From the IMG/VR virus record IMGVR_UViG_3300021962_000002: DNA of 64,000 bases; one strand, given 5' to 3'. The notes below the pieces were generated by a model. That model was not told the origin of the DNA. It saw only the letters and a list, made by a program, of their open reading frames with translations, and searched no databases. The position numbers and the translations under genes were made by a program. The stretch comes from an uncultured virus (IMG/VR IMGVR_UViG_3300021962_000002) (Duplodnaviria > Heunggongvirae > Uroviricota > Caudoviricetes). Shown in pieces: positions 38,481 to 47,281 of this stretch (its first letter is position 1; each line of letters begins with the position of its first letter).

Positions 38481-38677
38481 GATTTTTCATTCAGTATTGA
38501 TCTTCCGCTAGCCATAACAAGTATTAAATACTGCGGGAATGAATTACCCATAGCAAGGCTAATACCATTTAGCAATGCCCATTCGATGGTTGCTGCTTTT
38601 TTTGTTTTTTGTTTAACTCCTTCTAGTTCAAGTAGTTTCCTTAATCTGATTTGAATTTCTTCTAATTTTGGATTCAT
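38477..38677 (-). CDS. Hypothetical protein
   Basis: Coupled 66-aa ORF. Confidence 0.55.
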   Translation of the reverse strand: MNPKLEEIQIRLRKLLELEGVKQKTKKAATIEWALLNGISLAMGNSFPQYLILVMASGRSILNEKS

Positions 38678-38681
38678 TTTA

Positions 38682-38984
38682 TTATGATTGGCTTTGGTTG
38701 GTTGCTTTTGCTATTGCAGACTGAACCATTTGCCAAGCTTCTAAAGGAATATGATTATCATCATTTTCTAGATTTTTTAGCGCTTCCAGCATATCTGGGG
38801 CAGCAGCAATAAGGTAAGCGTTTGCTAATCTTTCTTCTTTTGATCTACCTTGCACTCCTCCATCATCATCTTCTCCGTAACCATAGATTACTACGCTAAA
38901 TGCATCGGCTTCAATTCCGGGTCGGTCACCGTAACTATCACTAAATACAGTCCAAGGTCCAGATGTGTGTTTACTTTTGTTCAT
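38682..38984 (-). CDS. Conserved phage hypothetical protein (HTxGPW..ANAxLIAAAP)
   Basis: KHTSGPW..ANAYLIAAAPDMLEALK. Confidence 0.7.
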   Translation of the reverse strand: MNKSKHTSGPWTVFSDSYGDRPGIEADAFSVVIYGYGEDDDGGVQGRSKEERLANAYLIAAAPDMLEALKNLENDDNHIPLEAWQMVQSAIAKATNQSQS

Positions 38985-38991
38985 AATGTTT

Positions 38992-39258
38992 TTATGTTTT
39001 GCTTGATTTACGATGCTGTATTTTCAACGCATTTCCTGCATCTTGATCATCTTCATTAACAATCGCTTGCAATACAATGAAAAGTGCAGCGTTGCAAAGT
39101 TCCCAATAAGGTTCTCCTATTCGTTTTTTAACAATATGCTCAACACTCCAGACTTCTTGATAAGCGCTGAACAATGATTGTGCTTCTTTGGAAAAACGAT
39201 CTGGCAATTTAAGTATATCCATATTCTCTTGCAATTTTTTTCCAATGTTCAACTTCAT
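38992..39258 (-). CDS. Hypothetical protein
   Basis: ORF in packed run; start may be the internal MDIL. Confidence 0.5.
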   Translation of the reverse strand: MKLNIGKKLQENMDILKLPDRFSKEAQSLFSAYQEVWSVEHIVKKRIGEPYWELCNAALFIVLQAIVNEDDQDAGNALKIQHRKSSKT

Positions 39259-39493
39259 CTACTAGATTATTAACTTCATCTTGAAGGTTGTCATTCTTTT
39301 CGTTTAGGACATCAATTTTGTATTTCCATTCTTCTTTGCAATGCTTGCATACTTCTACAGTCACTTGAGGATGGCCTCTTAATCTTGAAGTTCTGGTATC
39401 TGCATGGTCACAAATACCCTCTCCGCAAGTTCCGCAAAATACCTCAAAGTCATAATCAATAACATGATCTATTTCTACTCTAAAGTTTGGCAT
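39209..39493 (-). CDS. Zn-finger + coiled-coil protein
   Basis: CGTC..CKHC followed by heptads. Confidence 0.55.
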   Translation of the reverse strand: MPNFRVEIDHVIDYDFEVFCGTCGEGICDHADTRTSRLRGHPQVTVEVCKHCKEEWKYKIDVLNEKNDNLQDEVNNLVDEVEHWKKIAREYGYT

Positions 39494-39496
39494 AAC

Positions 39497-40660
39497 TTAA
39501 ATAATTGATACTAGTCTTGCAATGCTATCGCAAAGATATGTTTCATAACTACGTGTCTCATCAAGGTAACCTTCGCAATGCGCTAACTCTTCAATGAGGG
39601 TAGAGACGAGATAGTCCATATTCTTGAATGCTTGCAGACTCAAATGAATCTCGCCATTTTCAACAAAAGCAACTAAATGCTTGTCTTCAGTTTTAATAAA
39701 TTTGATTTCATAATTTGTATTGAAACCAGCACGTTTGATTTTATTGACTGCTTGTTGAAGCATTACAGATTGAATCTCTTCAAGTTCTACAGTTACATAT
39801 ACTGTTTTTTCCCTTGGAAGTTCTCTCTTGAGATTATTCATCAAGGTCGCTGGATGATTGATCTTAGCTTCAGATACAACATCTTTAAATGATTCACTCC
39901 ATTTACTGTAACTTGGAATAGGGAATGACTCTTCTTCGTTATCTTTAGAGAAGATCCAATCATTCATTGATTCTGGATGTTCTTGAGTAACAATGATTTG
40001 AGCAATATCCCAACTAAGCGTCCAGTTATCTTTGATTGTTCTATCTTCGGTCAATTCAATCTTGTTATGAATATTGTATCCATACTTAGCATTCTTGATT
40101 GTGCCGACAAATACATCTTTGAAGAATACTTTACCAACATACTTGCCATTTAGCACTTGAAGCTTACCGTAATCATGAACCACGTTATCTAAATGACTGT
40201 TACCAGTAAGAAAGTATTCGTCATAATTCTTGGCAAGCTCATTAAATTCTGCTGAGTCAACTTCAATAACGCTGCCATTTTTAATGTTTGGTGCATCAAA
40301 ATCCATTTTTCCATCTTCGTCCATAGTGTTGCTATATAGCTCTCTAAGGACTGTCCAAGGCTCCCAATGAGCACCATAGTGCATCGTAAATGGAAGTGCT
40401 TTGTCATTGTCATAAACAACATTGATGTCAGTTCCTCTGAATGTATCTTTAGTCTGGCTAAAAACATGTTCTTCGGGAATACCATTAACATAGTTAGTGA
40501 TCTTGATTTGCCAGCCAAGTCGCAGTGAGATAGCGATAGCGTATTTAAGTCCAGTGCCAAACCTACCAATAGGATTAGTAGAGTTAGGCTTAGACGAGAC
40601 TCCAATCATTGACCAGCTTTTTTGGTCAATCTGTGTATTTGTTACGAAGAATGTTTTCAT
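39497..40660 (-). CDS. GHKL-type ATPase-like protein with C-terminal zincin-like segment
   Basis: IGRFGTGLKYAIA, LRELYSNTMDE; TLIEELAH at the C-terminus. Confidence 0.7.
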   Translation of the reverse strand: MKTFFVTNTQIDQKSWSMIGVSSKPNSTNPIGRFGTGLKYAIAISLRLGWQIKITNYVNGIPEEHVFSQTKDTFRGTDINVVYDNDKALPFTMHYGAHWEPWTVLRELYSNTMDEDGKMDFDAPNIKNGSVIEVDSAEFNELAKNYDEYFLTGNSHLDNVVHDYGKLQVLNGKYVGKVFFKDVFVGTIKNAKYGYNIHNKIELTEDRTIKDNWTLSWDIAQIIVTQEHPESMNDWIFSKDNEEESFPIPSYSKWSESFKDVVSEAKINHPATLMNNLKRELPREKTVYVTVELEEIQSVMLQQAVNKIKRAGFNTNYEIKFIKTEDKHLVAFVENGEIHLSLQAFKNMDYLVSTLIEELAHCEGYLDETRSYETYLCDSIARLVSII

Positions 40661-40680
40661 TGCAATTTTACCTCAAGGAA

Positions 40681-41073
40681 CTAGGAAACATACTTGATCA
40701 TTTTATCCCATGTATATTCTAGGTTTTCTATTTCATAATGAAATAGGAATATATGATTACCATTTGTCACGTGAACTCCTGCTTCTAAATTTTGCTTTGG
40801 TAGTTCAACGCTGTAATACCAATTGTAGTTTGAGTCCATTGATACATATCCAGCTTCTGAGATATTTTTTGCAGCTAGATTTTTATTGATCAAGTTGAAA
40901 AGATAATGTCCTTCAGGTCCTTTTACTCGACATAGCTTAACGGGTTCTTCGGGTGGGGCTTTCATTGTTAATGTCACCTCATCTCCAGGATTCATCCCTT
41001 TATACGCATCAACAAAAAGTTGTAATGCTTCTTTAAGGTTTTCAGTTTCAATAACTTTTATGTTTTTACTCAT
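40681..41073 (-). CDS. Hypothetical protein
   Basis: 130-aa ORF. Confidence 0.55.
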   Translation of the reverse strand: MSKNIKVIETENLKEALQLFVDAYKGMNPGDEVTLTMKAPPEEPVKLCRVKGPEGHYLFNLINKNLAAKNISEAGYVSMDSNYNWYYSVELPKQNLEAGVHVTNGNHIFLFHYEIENLEYTWDKMIKYVS

Positions 41074-41558
41074 TTGATTTCTAGGTTGTGTTGCAGTGGT
41101 GATTTAAGGATAGACAAAAGAATCTCAAGGTTCTTATCGTTTTCTGGTCTAAGTAGAGGATTTTCTTTTACATTTGTTTGTGTATTTACTAGTGCTGTGA
41201 TTTCTTTTTTGACATCACTATACATCAAAGACTTGTTTCGACCAAGATCATTTCTTTCTGCTAGCAGTTTATCTGTTTCATCATTACTAAATTCAAGTTC
41301 AATGCGAATTGTTTTACCCCAAACTGACGACATACAACTTGATAACTCTTCTTCTTTTTTATTAACAAGGTTAGCTATTGCGATTTCATGAATCTTCTTA
41401 TCAATCTCTTTACGCCTTTCTTGCATTGCTTTATTATGCGCAATACGTTGTTCGATTTCTTTTTGAACTAAAGCTTCAATGATTTGCGTTTTTGTTGCTT
41501 TGGGAGTCGTTGACTCCCTTGTGCTTTTGATGATTTGAGTTGACATATTAGTAGGCAA
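41070..41558 (-). CDS. Hypothetical coiled-coil protein
   Basis: 162-aa ORF coupled to neighbours. Confidence 0.55.
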   Translation of the reverse strand: MPTNMSTQIIKSTRESTTPKATKTQIIEALVQKEIEQRIAHNKAMQERRKEIDKKIHEIAIANLVNKKEEELSSCMSSVWGKTIRIELEFSNDETDKLLAERNDLGRNKSLMYSDVKKEITALVNTQTNVKENPLLRPENDKNLEILLSILKSPLQHNLEIK

Positions 41559-42711
41559 AAATGTTTAGTGTTTTAGCTTTTGTAAGTTTCACTTCAAGTT
41601 TTTTTGTTTTAATGTAAATTGACCCTTTAGATTTTTTCATTTCAATAATATCTCTTTCTTGAATATCAAATGAATCACGCTCATACGTTTCTTCACAATA
41701 AGCATAATTAATAGAAATTTCTCGATTGTATGAGTAATCGCTAAATGGCTTACAAAATAAAGAAATATATTCAAAAGTTTTTGTTTTTGTATATTGTGCA
41801 TATGTTTCAATATTTGGAATCTGCTCAAGCATATATTTCTTTTTTGCATGATTTCCTTCTGAGTATGCTATATATTTAAGACCTTTTTCTTCAAACTCTT
41901 TATTTAAGTCTGGCAATAATGTTGTTTTCGCAACTGTTACAACAGCACTGTATGGATTATCGTCAATGCTTTGAATGTTTATAATATCATTAAATTTATC
42001 AGGAGTTTCGTTATGAATAAGACATTCTTCAATCAAGCAAGAAATAGCATCAGGTGAAATTGCGCCTGAGGCTTCAACGTATTTATGTAATTCTTTATTT
42101 AGTGTTGCATCGGATACTTTGTCATCAATCATTTGATGTAGAGCAATTTCAGGAAACTCTTCAAATCGCTTATGGTAACGAACTCGCCCAGGTCTATTAT
42201 TGAAGTATTTTCCAATGTCAGAATTATTACTTGTTAGCAAAAATAAATGCTTATTATGTGTTGTTCCATCAAGCAGACTAAGCATTGAGTTTTTATGATC
42301 TTCATCACCATATACTTTTTCAAACTCATCAATAAAAACAATACATGGATTAGGGATGTTGCTCAGGAACGTCTTGAAGCCTTCATTACTATGCGCTGCA
42401 TTAACGCAAATCACTGGCATAGATGAGCCAATGCAAATTTGTTTAGCAGTTAAAGTTTTTCCGCAACCTTTAGGTCCAGAAAGCAAAACGCTCATTCCTT
42501 TATTTAGTTGCTTAAATGTTTTAATTACACGCAAACTAAAGTCTGGGCAATCACCATAGATTTTGTCTGGTAAGGTAAATGCTGCACGATGTTCAAGATA
42601 GTATCCTGACATTGGATCATAACCAATATCGTAAAAATCTGTGCTTAATTTGTTGTTAATTGCTGTGGCTCCCGTTAATTGGGTTCTGTTTCCTGATTGG
42701 ATGGTATTCAT
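41548..42711 (-). CDS. AAA+ ATPase
   Basis: Walker A GPKGCGKT, Walker B FIDEFEK, LDG, TSN, NRPGR. Confidence 0.9.
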   Translation of the reverse strand: MNTIQSGNRTQLTGATAINNKLSTDFYDIGYDPMSGYYLEHRAAFTLPDKIYGDCPDFSLRVIKTFKQLNKGMSVLLSGPKGCGKTLTAKQICIGSSMPVICVNAAHSNEGFKTFLSNIPNPCIVFIDEFEKVYGDEDHKNSMLSLLDGTTHNKHLFLLTSNNSDIGKYFNNRPGRVRYHKRFEEFPEIALHQMIDDKVSDATLNKELHKYVEASGAISPDAISCLIEECLIHNETPDKFNDIINIQSIDDNPYSAVVTVAKTTLLPDLNKEFEEKGLKYIAYSEGNHAKKKYMLEQIPNIETYAQYTKTKTFEYISLFCKPFSDYSYNREISINYAYCEETYERDSFDIQERDIIEMKKSKGSIYIKTKKLEVKLTKAKTLNIFAY

Positions 42712-42735
42712 TTTTTTGTGTGTTTGGAGATTGGC

Positions 42736-43380
42736 AACCGTTCTAGTTCTCCCGAACTTCCTGCAACAGGAACTAGACTTATAATTACAAGTTAGGACGA
42801 ATACTTGTATCAGTTTTAAGTGCTCTATGAAAGCAACGGTTATTTATTGGAGAATGGTGTCCTGTGCGCTCGGTATTGTGAGCCTGACTTATTCTTGGTT
42901 GGTTACGTCCAACATTCAGAGGAATTTAGTAGCAGCTTTCATCCGCAGAACTTTTTATCCAGCTTACCGTATACTGGGCTAGCTTGACGCTACTAGCGGT
43001 TCCACAAGGGTTACTCTTTAATACAGAGTTCCTAATGCCTAAGGCAGCGTCTTTCCGCTGTGTCTTTGTGGACGGTAACTGGGTTTTACCTTATTGGCGT
43101 GTATAACCAGTCACAGGGATGCACCCCCGCTCTTGCCTATCTAAGAATTACCACACTCCAACTTCCGATCAGGTCGCTCATTCAGATGTCGTGCTTCATG
43201 CCTGAAACCGTATGCTCTATTAAATGCCCTCATTGCGGAGGCTGGAATGTGGTCTCTGTCTTTCCAGAGTGTCCCGATTTTACACAAGCTATTGGAGAAT
43301 TGGTTTCTCCGCTTTTACCAAAACTTGCTTTGGAGCCATGCCTTCTGTCTCGTTGTGGCTATGCGCTTCTTGCATCTGGA
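42736..43380 (-). ncRNA. Cluster of at least four stem-closed structured RNA modules
   Basis: Closing stems at 42736/42841, 42959/43082, 43151/43252 and 43263/43380, each enclosing several hairpins; no - strand ORF of 60 aa or more in the gap. Confidence 0.65.
43151..43252 (-). ncRNA. Kink-turn/box C-D-like structured RNA, copy 2
   Basis: Same core CAAUGAGGG / AGCGACCUGAU and 17-bp outer stem as 27566-27681; different inner stem (CAUUUA/UGAAUG). Confidence 0.75.
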
Positions 43381-43414
43381 CTAAGAACCGTAAGCAAGGG
43401 ACAACGCAGAAATC

Positions 43415-43720
43415 TTATTTTGTTCTTACTGCCATCATATCTCCTTTATTGATGACATATGCTGACCAGCAAGCTTCAAGTTTTAATGTATCAACATTGA
43501 TTGATTGATTGAAGTTCTCAATCTCTTCTACCATTACCTCATGCGAAGCTAACTTTAGTTTGGCTAAATCAATATTATGATTTGCATGACACGCCATGAG
43601 TAGGATCATGTAGTCATCACCTGTAAATCCTGAAAGTATATTCCATTCATCACAAATCATTGCAATTTCGTAAATCTCTGCACGATCTTCTGGCGATACA
43701 TACATCTTTAGTTTTTTCAT
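43415..43720 (-). CDS. Hypothetical protein
   Basis: 101-aa ORF. Confidence 0.55.
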   Translation of the reverse strand: MKKLKMYVSPEDRAEIYEIAMICDEWNILSGFTGDDYMILLMACHANHNIDLAKLKLASHEVMVEEIENFNQSINVDTLKLEACWSAYVINKGDMMAVRTK

Positions 43721-43732
43721 ACTGTGATTGGT

Positions 43733-43855
43733 TTATGAGTCTTCATCTCTGTCTTTTGCGCACTGGCATAAACACAGAATGAAAATCACAAAATACACAA
43801 TGACAATAACACCAAAAACTGCAAACACTGGGTGGTTTTTTAGTAATTCAATCAT
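43733..43855 (-). CDS. Small single-pass membrane peptide (40 aa; not in ORF track)
   Basis: MIELLKNHPVFAVFGVIVIVYFVIFILCLCQCAKDRDEDS*; overlaps the upstream stop. Confidence 0.55.
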   Translation of the reverse strand: MIELLKNHPVFAVFGVIVIVYFVIFILCLCQCAKDRDEDS

Positions 43856-44156
43856 TTTCTAGTCTTTTGAATTTATGCACTGTGTATGACGGATTGCATT
43901 TAGTAGCTGCTATAGCATTTTTTTCATTATCATAAAACGAAAGATTGTATCCATTTTCGTTTTTGAGAATCCAAATGTATTCAGGTTCTGGTTTAACGCG
44001 ATAATCTAAATCGCAAAAATTAAAAGCAGGACCATCATCCAGATGCATTGTATCTATCCATCCACCATTGCTTGGTCTATTTCCTATGGAGTTGCATTGG
44101 ATTTTCTTACCTGCTTTATGGGCTTTTACTACTTCAATAATTTGTTCGTGTGTCAT
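43848..44156 (-). CDS. Hypothetical protein, YRxKPEP family
   Basis: PAFNFCDLDYRVKPEP; paralog of 44631-44918. Confidence 0.65.
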   Translation of the reverse strand: MTHEQIIEVVKAHKAGKKIQCNSIGNRPSNGGWIDTMHLDDGPAFNFCDLDYRVKPEPEYIWILKNENGYNLSFYDNEKNAIAATKCNPSYTVHKFKRLEND

Positions 44157-44389
44157 TGTTCTATTAGTTTGATGTTTGCTGTTACTTCAAGTTTGACGGT
44201 TTTAACAGCCTTGAAAATCAATACGGGATTGCACCAAGATTTTGATGATCCTGACTGAAGGCAGTTACATGATGTTTCCCAAATCTCTTTATGTTCCTTC
44301 AAGATTGCTTTTTCTGTTGCTGAAATTGACGTGAATGGTCCATTGAAATCATCGCAACCAACTTCTTTGTAGTAATATCCTGCTTTCAT
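44153..44389 (-). CDS. Hypothetical protein
   Basis: Coupled ORF. Confidence 0.55.
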   Translation of the reverse strand: MKAGYYYKEVGCDDFNGPFTSISATEKAILKEHKEIWETSCNCLQSGSSKSWCNPVLIFKAVKTVKLEVTANIKLIEQ

Positions 44390-44634
44390 AATTTTAGTAA
44401 TTGTTTTGCTTTTTCGCGCATAAAGTTAGCTTCTATTACTGCGTTTACTTTATTGTCCGTTGATTCATTGCGCCATGTTTCTTCGCATAGAATATAAGAA
44501 GTAAATAAGCTACGCATTTCATTAAGCTCTGTTTCAAGTTTGCGACTTTCAGTTTCTAATTCGGCATAGCACACTATGTTTGATGCATTTTTGTTTCGTT
44601 CAAAAACTGCATTTACTCTAGGATGGTCATTCAT
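44386..44634 (-). CDS. Hypothetical protein
   Basis: Start moved to ATG 44634 (ATGA overlap with the upstream stop). Confidence 0.55.
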   Translation of the reverse strand: MNDHPRVNAVFERNKNASNIVCYAELETESRKLETELNEMRSLFTSYILCEETWRNESTDNKVNAVIEANFMREKAKQLLKL

Positions 44635-44918
44635 TTCAATACCTCCTTGTATTCGTGGATTGTTGCGCCGCTTAACGATGAGGAATATGCTTTTGCCTGA
44701 CATTCATCATCAAATACTCCAGCTGGATTACCGTTTTCGTGATCCACCCTCCACAAGCTGCGGGGCTCTGGTTTGATGCGGTAGTCAAACTCATTGAAAT
44801 CCCATATAGGGTTTAAGGTGTCTTCAAAGTTGCCTTTGCCTTGGTCTGCGATTTCTACTTTTCCACCATCGCGATGATGCGCAATCACCGCAATCATTTC
44901 GTCGTGTGACATGCTCAT
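44631..44918 (-). CDS. Hypothetical protein, YRxKPEP family
   Basis: PIWDFNEFDYRIKPEP. Confidence 0.65.
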   Translation of the reverse strand: MSMSHDEMIAVIAHHRDGGKVEIADQGKGNFEDTLNPIWDFNEFDYRIKPEPRSLWRVDHENGNPAGVFDDECQAKAYSSSLSGATIHEYKEVLK

Positions 44919-45259
44919 GCGCCCTCCTTTCTCGCTGTTAGCATTGCGTCTGCTGCGATGTATCGCAATGCCGCAGTGACTTTGGCGTGAAACTTCATTG
45001 TTTCGATTTGTTGATTGATGTTTTCATCCCCGCGCAAGTCGCTGTCTCTGTCTGGTCGTTTCATGCCAGCAAGTTTCTCCTGAGCAAGAAGCGATAGGTG
45101 CTTCCATGTCATCTCGCTAACTTCATCTTGTGGGACATTTCGTGCAAAGTAGTCACGCAAGCTCATGCCGCCGCTTCCATCGCTCCAATTTTGCGAGTCT
45201 GATGCATAAGGCAAGTGAGGAAATGCGCTGCCTCCATCGTCTATTTTATTGTTTTCCAT
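44915..45259 (-). CDS. Conserved phage hypothetical protein (GGxAFP..GMSLRDYFA..ADAML)
   Basis: DGGSAFP, GMSLRDYFA, YIAADAMLTAR. Confidence 0.75.
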   Translation of the reverse strand: MENNKIDDGGSAFPHLPYASDSQNWSDGSGGMSLRDYFARNVPQDEVSEMTWKHLSLLAQEKLAGMKRPDRDSDLRGDENINQQIETMKFHAKVTAALRYIAADAMLTARKEGA

Positions 45260-45268
45260 ATTATTGAT

Positions 45269-45297
45269 TTGATATTTTTTATTTAGTCAACTAAAAT
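45269..45297 (+). promoter_or_regulatory. Leaderless sigma70-type promoter overlapped by the palindromic site
   Basis: TTGATA-N17-TAAAAT-N6-ATG(45304); TTTAGTCAACTAAA at 45282-45295 covers the spacer and -10. Confidence 0.6.
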
Positions 45298-45303
45298 CAC
45301 GCC

Positions 45304-45588
45304 ATGGACAAAAAGCCATTAATGCAGAAGCTTGGTTTGGAAGGTTTTAACAAGCCTAAAAGAACTCCATCGCATTCTAAAAAGAGTCACGTTGTAATGG
45401 CCAAGGAGGGTGACAGAACAAAGCTTATCCGTTTTGGGGAACAAGGCGCAAGTGTAGCTGGAAAGCCTAAGGCTGGCGAATCTGAGCGCATGAAGGCTAA
45501 GCGTAGATCATTCAAAGCTAGACATGCTCGTAACATAGCAAAAGGCAAGATGAGTGCTGCTTATTGGGCCAACAAAGTTCGCTGGTAA
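45304..45588 (+). CDS. Small highly basic conserved phage protein
   Basis: KSHVVMAKEG..LIRFG..RRSFKARH..SAAYWANKVRW; inverted orientation. Confidence 0.75.
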   Translation: MDKKPLMQKLGLEGFNKPKRTPSHSKKSHVVMAKEGDRTKLIRFGEQGASVAGKPKAGESERMKAKRRSFKARHARNIAKGKMSAAYWANKVRW

Positions 45589-45600
45589 ACACGATTTCTT

Positions 45601-45723
45601 ATGATGAACAACAAGAAAATGGCCGGTTACGGCAAAATGATGGGAGCAGGTAAAGCACCCGCTAAGAAAGTAGCTAAAAAAATGACTCCAGTAGCCAAGA
45701 AAGTAGCTAAAAAAATGAAATAA
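45601..45723 (+). CDS. Histone H1-like Lys/Ala-rich peptide (40 aa; not in ORF track)
   Basis: MMNNKKMAGYGKMMGAGKAPAKKVAKKMTPVAKKVAKKMK*. Confidence 0.65.
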   Translation: MMNNKKMAGYGKMMGAGKAPAKKVAKKMTPVAKKVAKKMK

Positions 45724-45727
45724 CAAC

Positions 45728-46285
45728 TTAGCGTAGCCTCGGAGATGGGGCTGCGCTTTTCATTTCTTGAAGTAATAAAGTTGTTCTTGCTTCAATTGCT
45801 TTTAGAATCTCAACAGCTTCATCTCTTACGGTGTTGCTTTGAGTCTCAAGCACTTCAGACATTGCGTGCGCAAACTGCATACCAAGATCATCTAATTCTT
45901 TATCTTCAGGTGCGTTTCCACCTGTTCTAGGTAAAGCTTTACATAATTGACCACAAGCACAGGTCACCCAATTATCTGCAAGAGCATTTGCTTCTTCTAA
46001 ATCATCTACGCTTACTAATTCCATGTCTTGACTCAAGAATGCAAACCAATCAAAGCCTGGATGAAAAGGATCTATTTTGTCTTCATTGCTTACAATTTTT
46101 TCTAAATTGCTTTCTGGGACAACAATAAAAGGATATTTGCCATTAGATTTGTATGTCACAGATTTGCATGGAACTTTTAATGCTTTTTTATTTTCTTGAA
46201 GAAGTCCATTATCAGGCATGATGCAATCATAGACCACATCATCTTTTTTTAGCTCTAAATAGTCTTTTTTTACTCGGTATTTCAT
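45728..46285 (-). CDS. Hypothetical protein
   Basis: 185 aa; WVTCACG motif in the C-half. Confidence 0.6.
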   Translation of the reverse strand: MKYRVKKDYLELKKDDVVYDCIMPDNGLLQENKKALKVPCKSVTYKSNGKYPFIVVPESNLEKIVSNEDKIDPFHPGFDWFAFLSQDMELVSVDDLEEANALADNWVTCACGQLCKALPRTGGNAPEDKELDDLGMQFAHAMSEVLETQSNTVRDEAVEILKAIEARTTLLLQEMKSAAPSPRLR

Positions 46286-46315
46286 ATTTTCAAACTGTTT
46301 TTTTCTTAATGTTTA

Positions 46316-46675
46316 TTAAACTAGATCTTTTACGAATTTACCATCAACCATTTTGCCTGTGCGTTTAGAAATAACATCATAAGCTTGCTGTAAGCAGTCT
46401 TCTAAGGTGAATCCATACATCTCGCAAACTCCAATCAAGGTGACTATGGTGTCTCCAATGCCATCTTTGATTTCGTTGAGAAGATCAAGGCATTCGTCAA
46501 CACCAACGCCAGATTGTAATTCCACAATCTCACCTAGGAATTTCAACTTGACCGCAGCGTCTCGCGTTTCAGTAAGCTCTTCTTGTGTTTTCTCTAATTG
46601 TTTAAGAGGATTGCTGTTTTGAATGATTTCTTTTGCGTGAAACCATTGGCGTGTTTTATTAATTAATTCATTCAT
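46316..46675 (-). CDS. MazG-like nucleotide pyrophosphohydrolase
   Basis: QLEKTQEELTE, KDGIGDTIVTL, CLQQAYDVISKRTGKMVDGKFVK. Confidence 0.85.
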   Translation of the reverse strand: MNELINKTRQWFHAKEIIQNSNPLKQLEKTQEELTETRDAAVKLKFLGEIVELQSGVGVDECLDLLNEIKDGIGDTIVTLIGVCEMYGFTLEDCLQQAYDVISKRTGKMVDGKFVKDLV

Positions 46676-46908
46676 TTGATTTTTACTTCCTTTTTTATTT
46701 GTTTAACAAATTCTTCCATTTCTTCACTATCGCAATTATCTACCAAGTAGCTTAAAATTTTAAGGATTAGCTTTTTTGACCATTCCGCATTATTTACTGA
46801 ATCTTCAATAGCCATTACAAAATTCATTGTTTTTTTTGCACCAAATTGGTTGTAAATTTCGTAAGGATCAATTTCGTTATGGAAAGTATATGTTTCGTTT
46901 TTTGGCAT
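46672..46908 (-). CDS. Hypothetical protein
   Basis: 78 aa; palindrome 46913-46926 sits 4 nt upstream of the ATG. Confidence 0.55.
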   Translation of the reverse strand: MPKNETYTFHNEIDPYEIYNQFGAKKTMNFVMAIEDSVNNAEWSKKLILKILSYLVDNCDSEEMEEFVKQIKKEVKIK

Positions 46909-46927
46909 ATTGTTTAGTTGGCTAAAG

Positions 46928-47281
46928 TTATTTCATGGCTGCTGCTGTTTTGATTACTTCTTTCATGTCAAGTTCTTGGAACTTCAATAGATTCCTCACG
47001 GTTACTACACCCTTTGCGTTGAGCCAGTAATATGACTTATGGATCTTGCCTGTTTTTTTACGCTTGAACTCAATCCAGAACTTTAGTCGGCTAATTGTAG
47101 ATTTCATCTCCATACCAGTAACTAGATTGATCTCTGCTTGAGTGGTTTCGGCTGGTAGTCCTACTGACTCTTTGTATGCGCAAACATTAGCTACAGCGAC
47201 TATGATACACGCTTCTCTTACTGTTAAGCCATAGCCTGAGCTATTTCGTGTAAATGCCGTTACTGTTTCAATGTTCCTCAT
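46928..47281 (-). CDS. MarR-like winged-helix DNA-binding protein
   Basis: GLTVREACII..TTQAEI..KSTISRL..YWLNAKG. Confidence 0.55.
   Translation of the reverse strand: MRNIETVTAFTRNSSGYGLTVREACIIVAVANVCAYKESVGLPAETTQAEINLVTGMEMKSTISRLKFWIEFKRKKTGKIHKSYYWLNAKGVVTVRNLLKFQELDMKEVIKTAAAMK

Noticed and set aside
27566..43252. TIGR array or CRISPR interpretation of the box C/D-like motif
   Set aside because: Only two dispersed copies with no tandem repeat-spacer periodicity; no Nop-domain or Cas operon seen; the Cas4-like gene sits in a normal recombination module
43060..43508. + strand ORFs 43060-43452 and 43224-43508
   Set aside because: Non-ATG or weak starts, no protein-like motifs, antisense to the operon, and they overlap the structured RNA cluster
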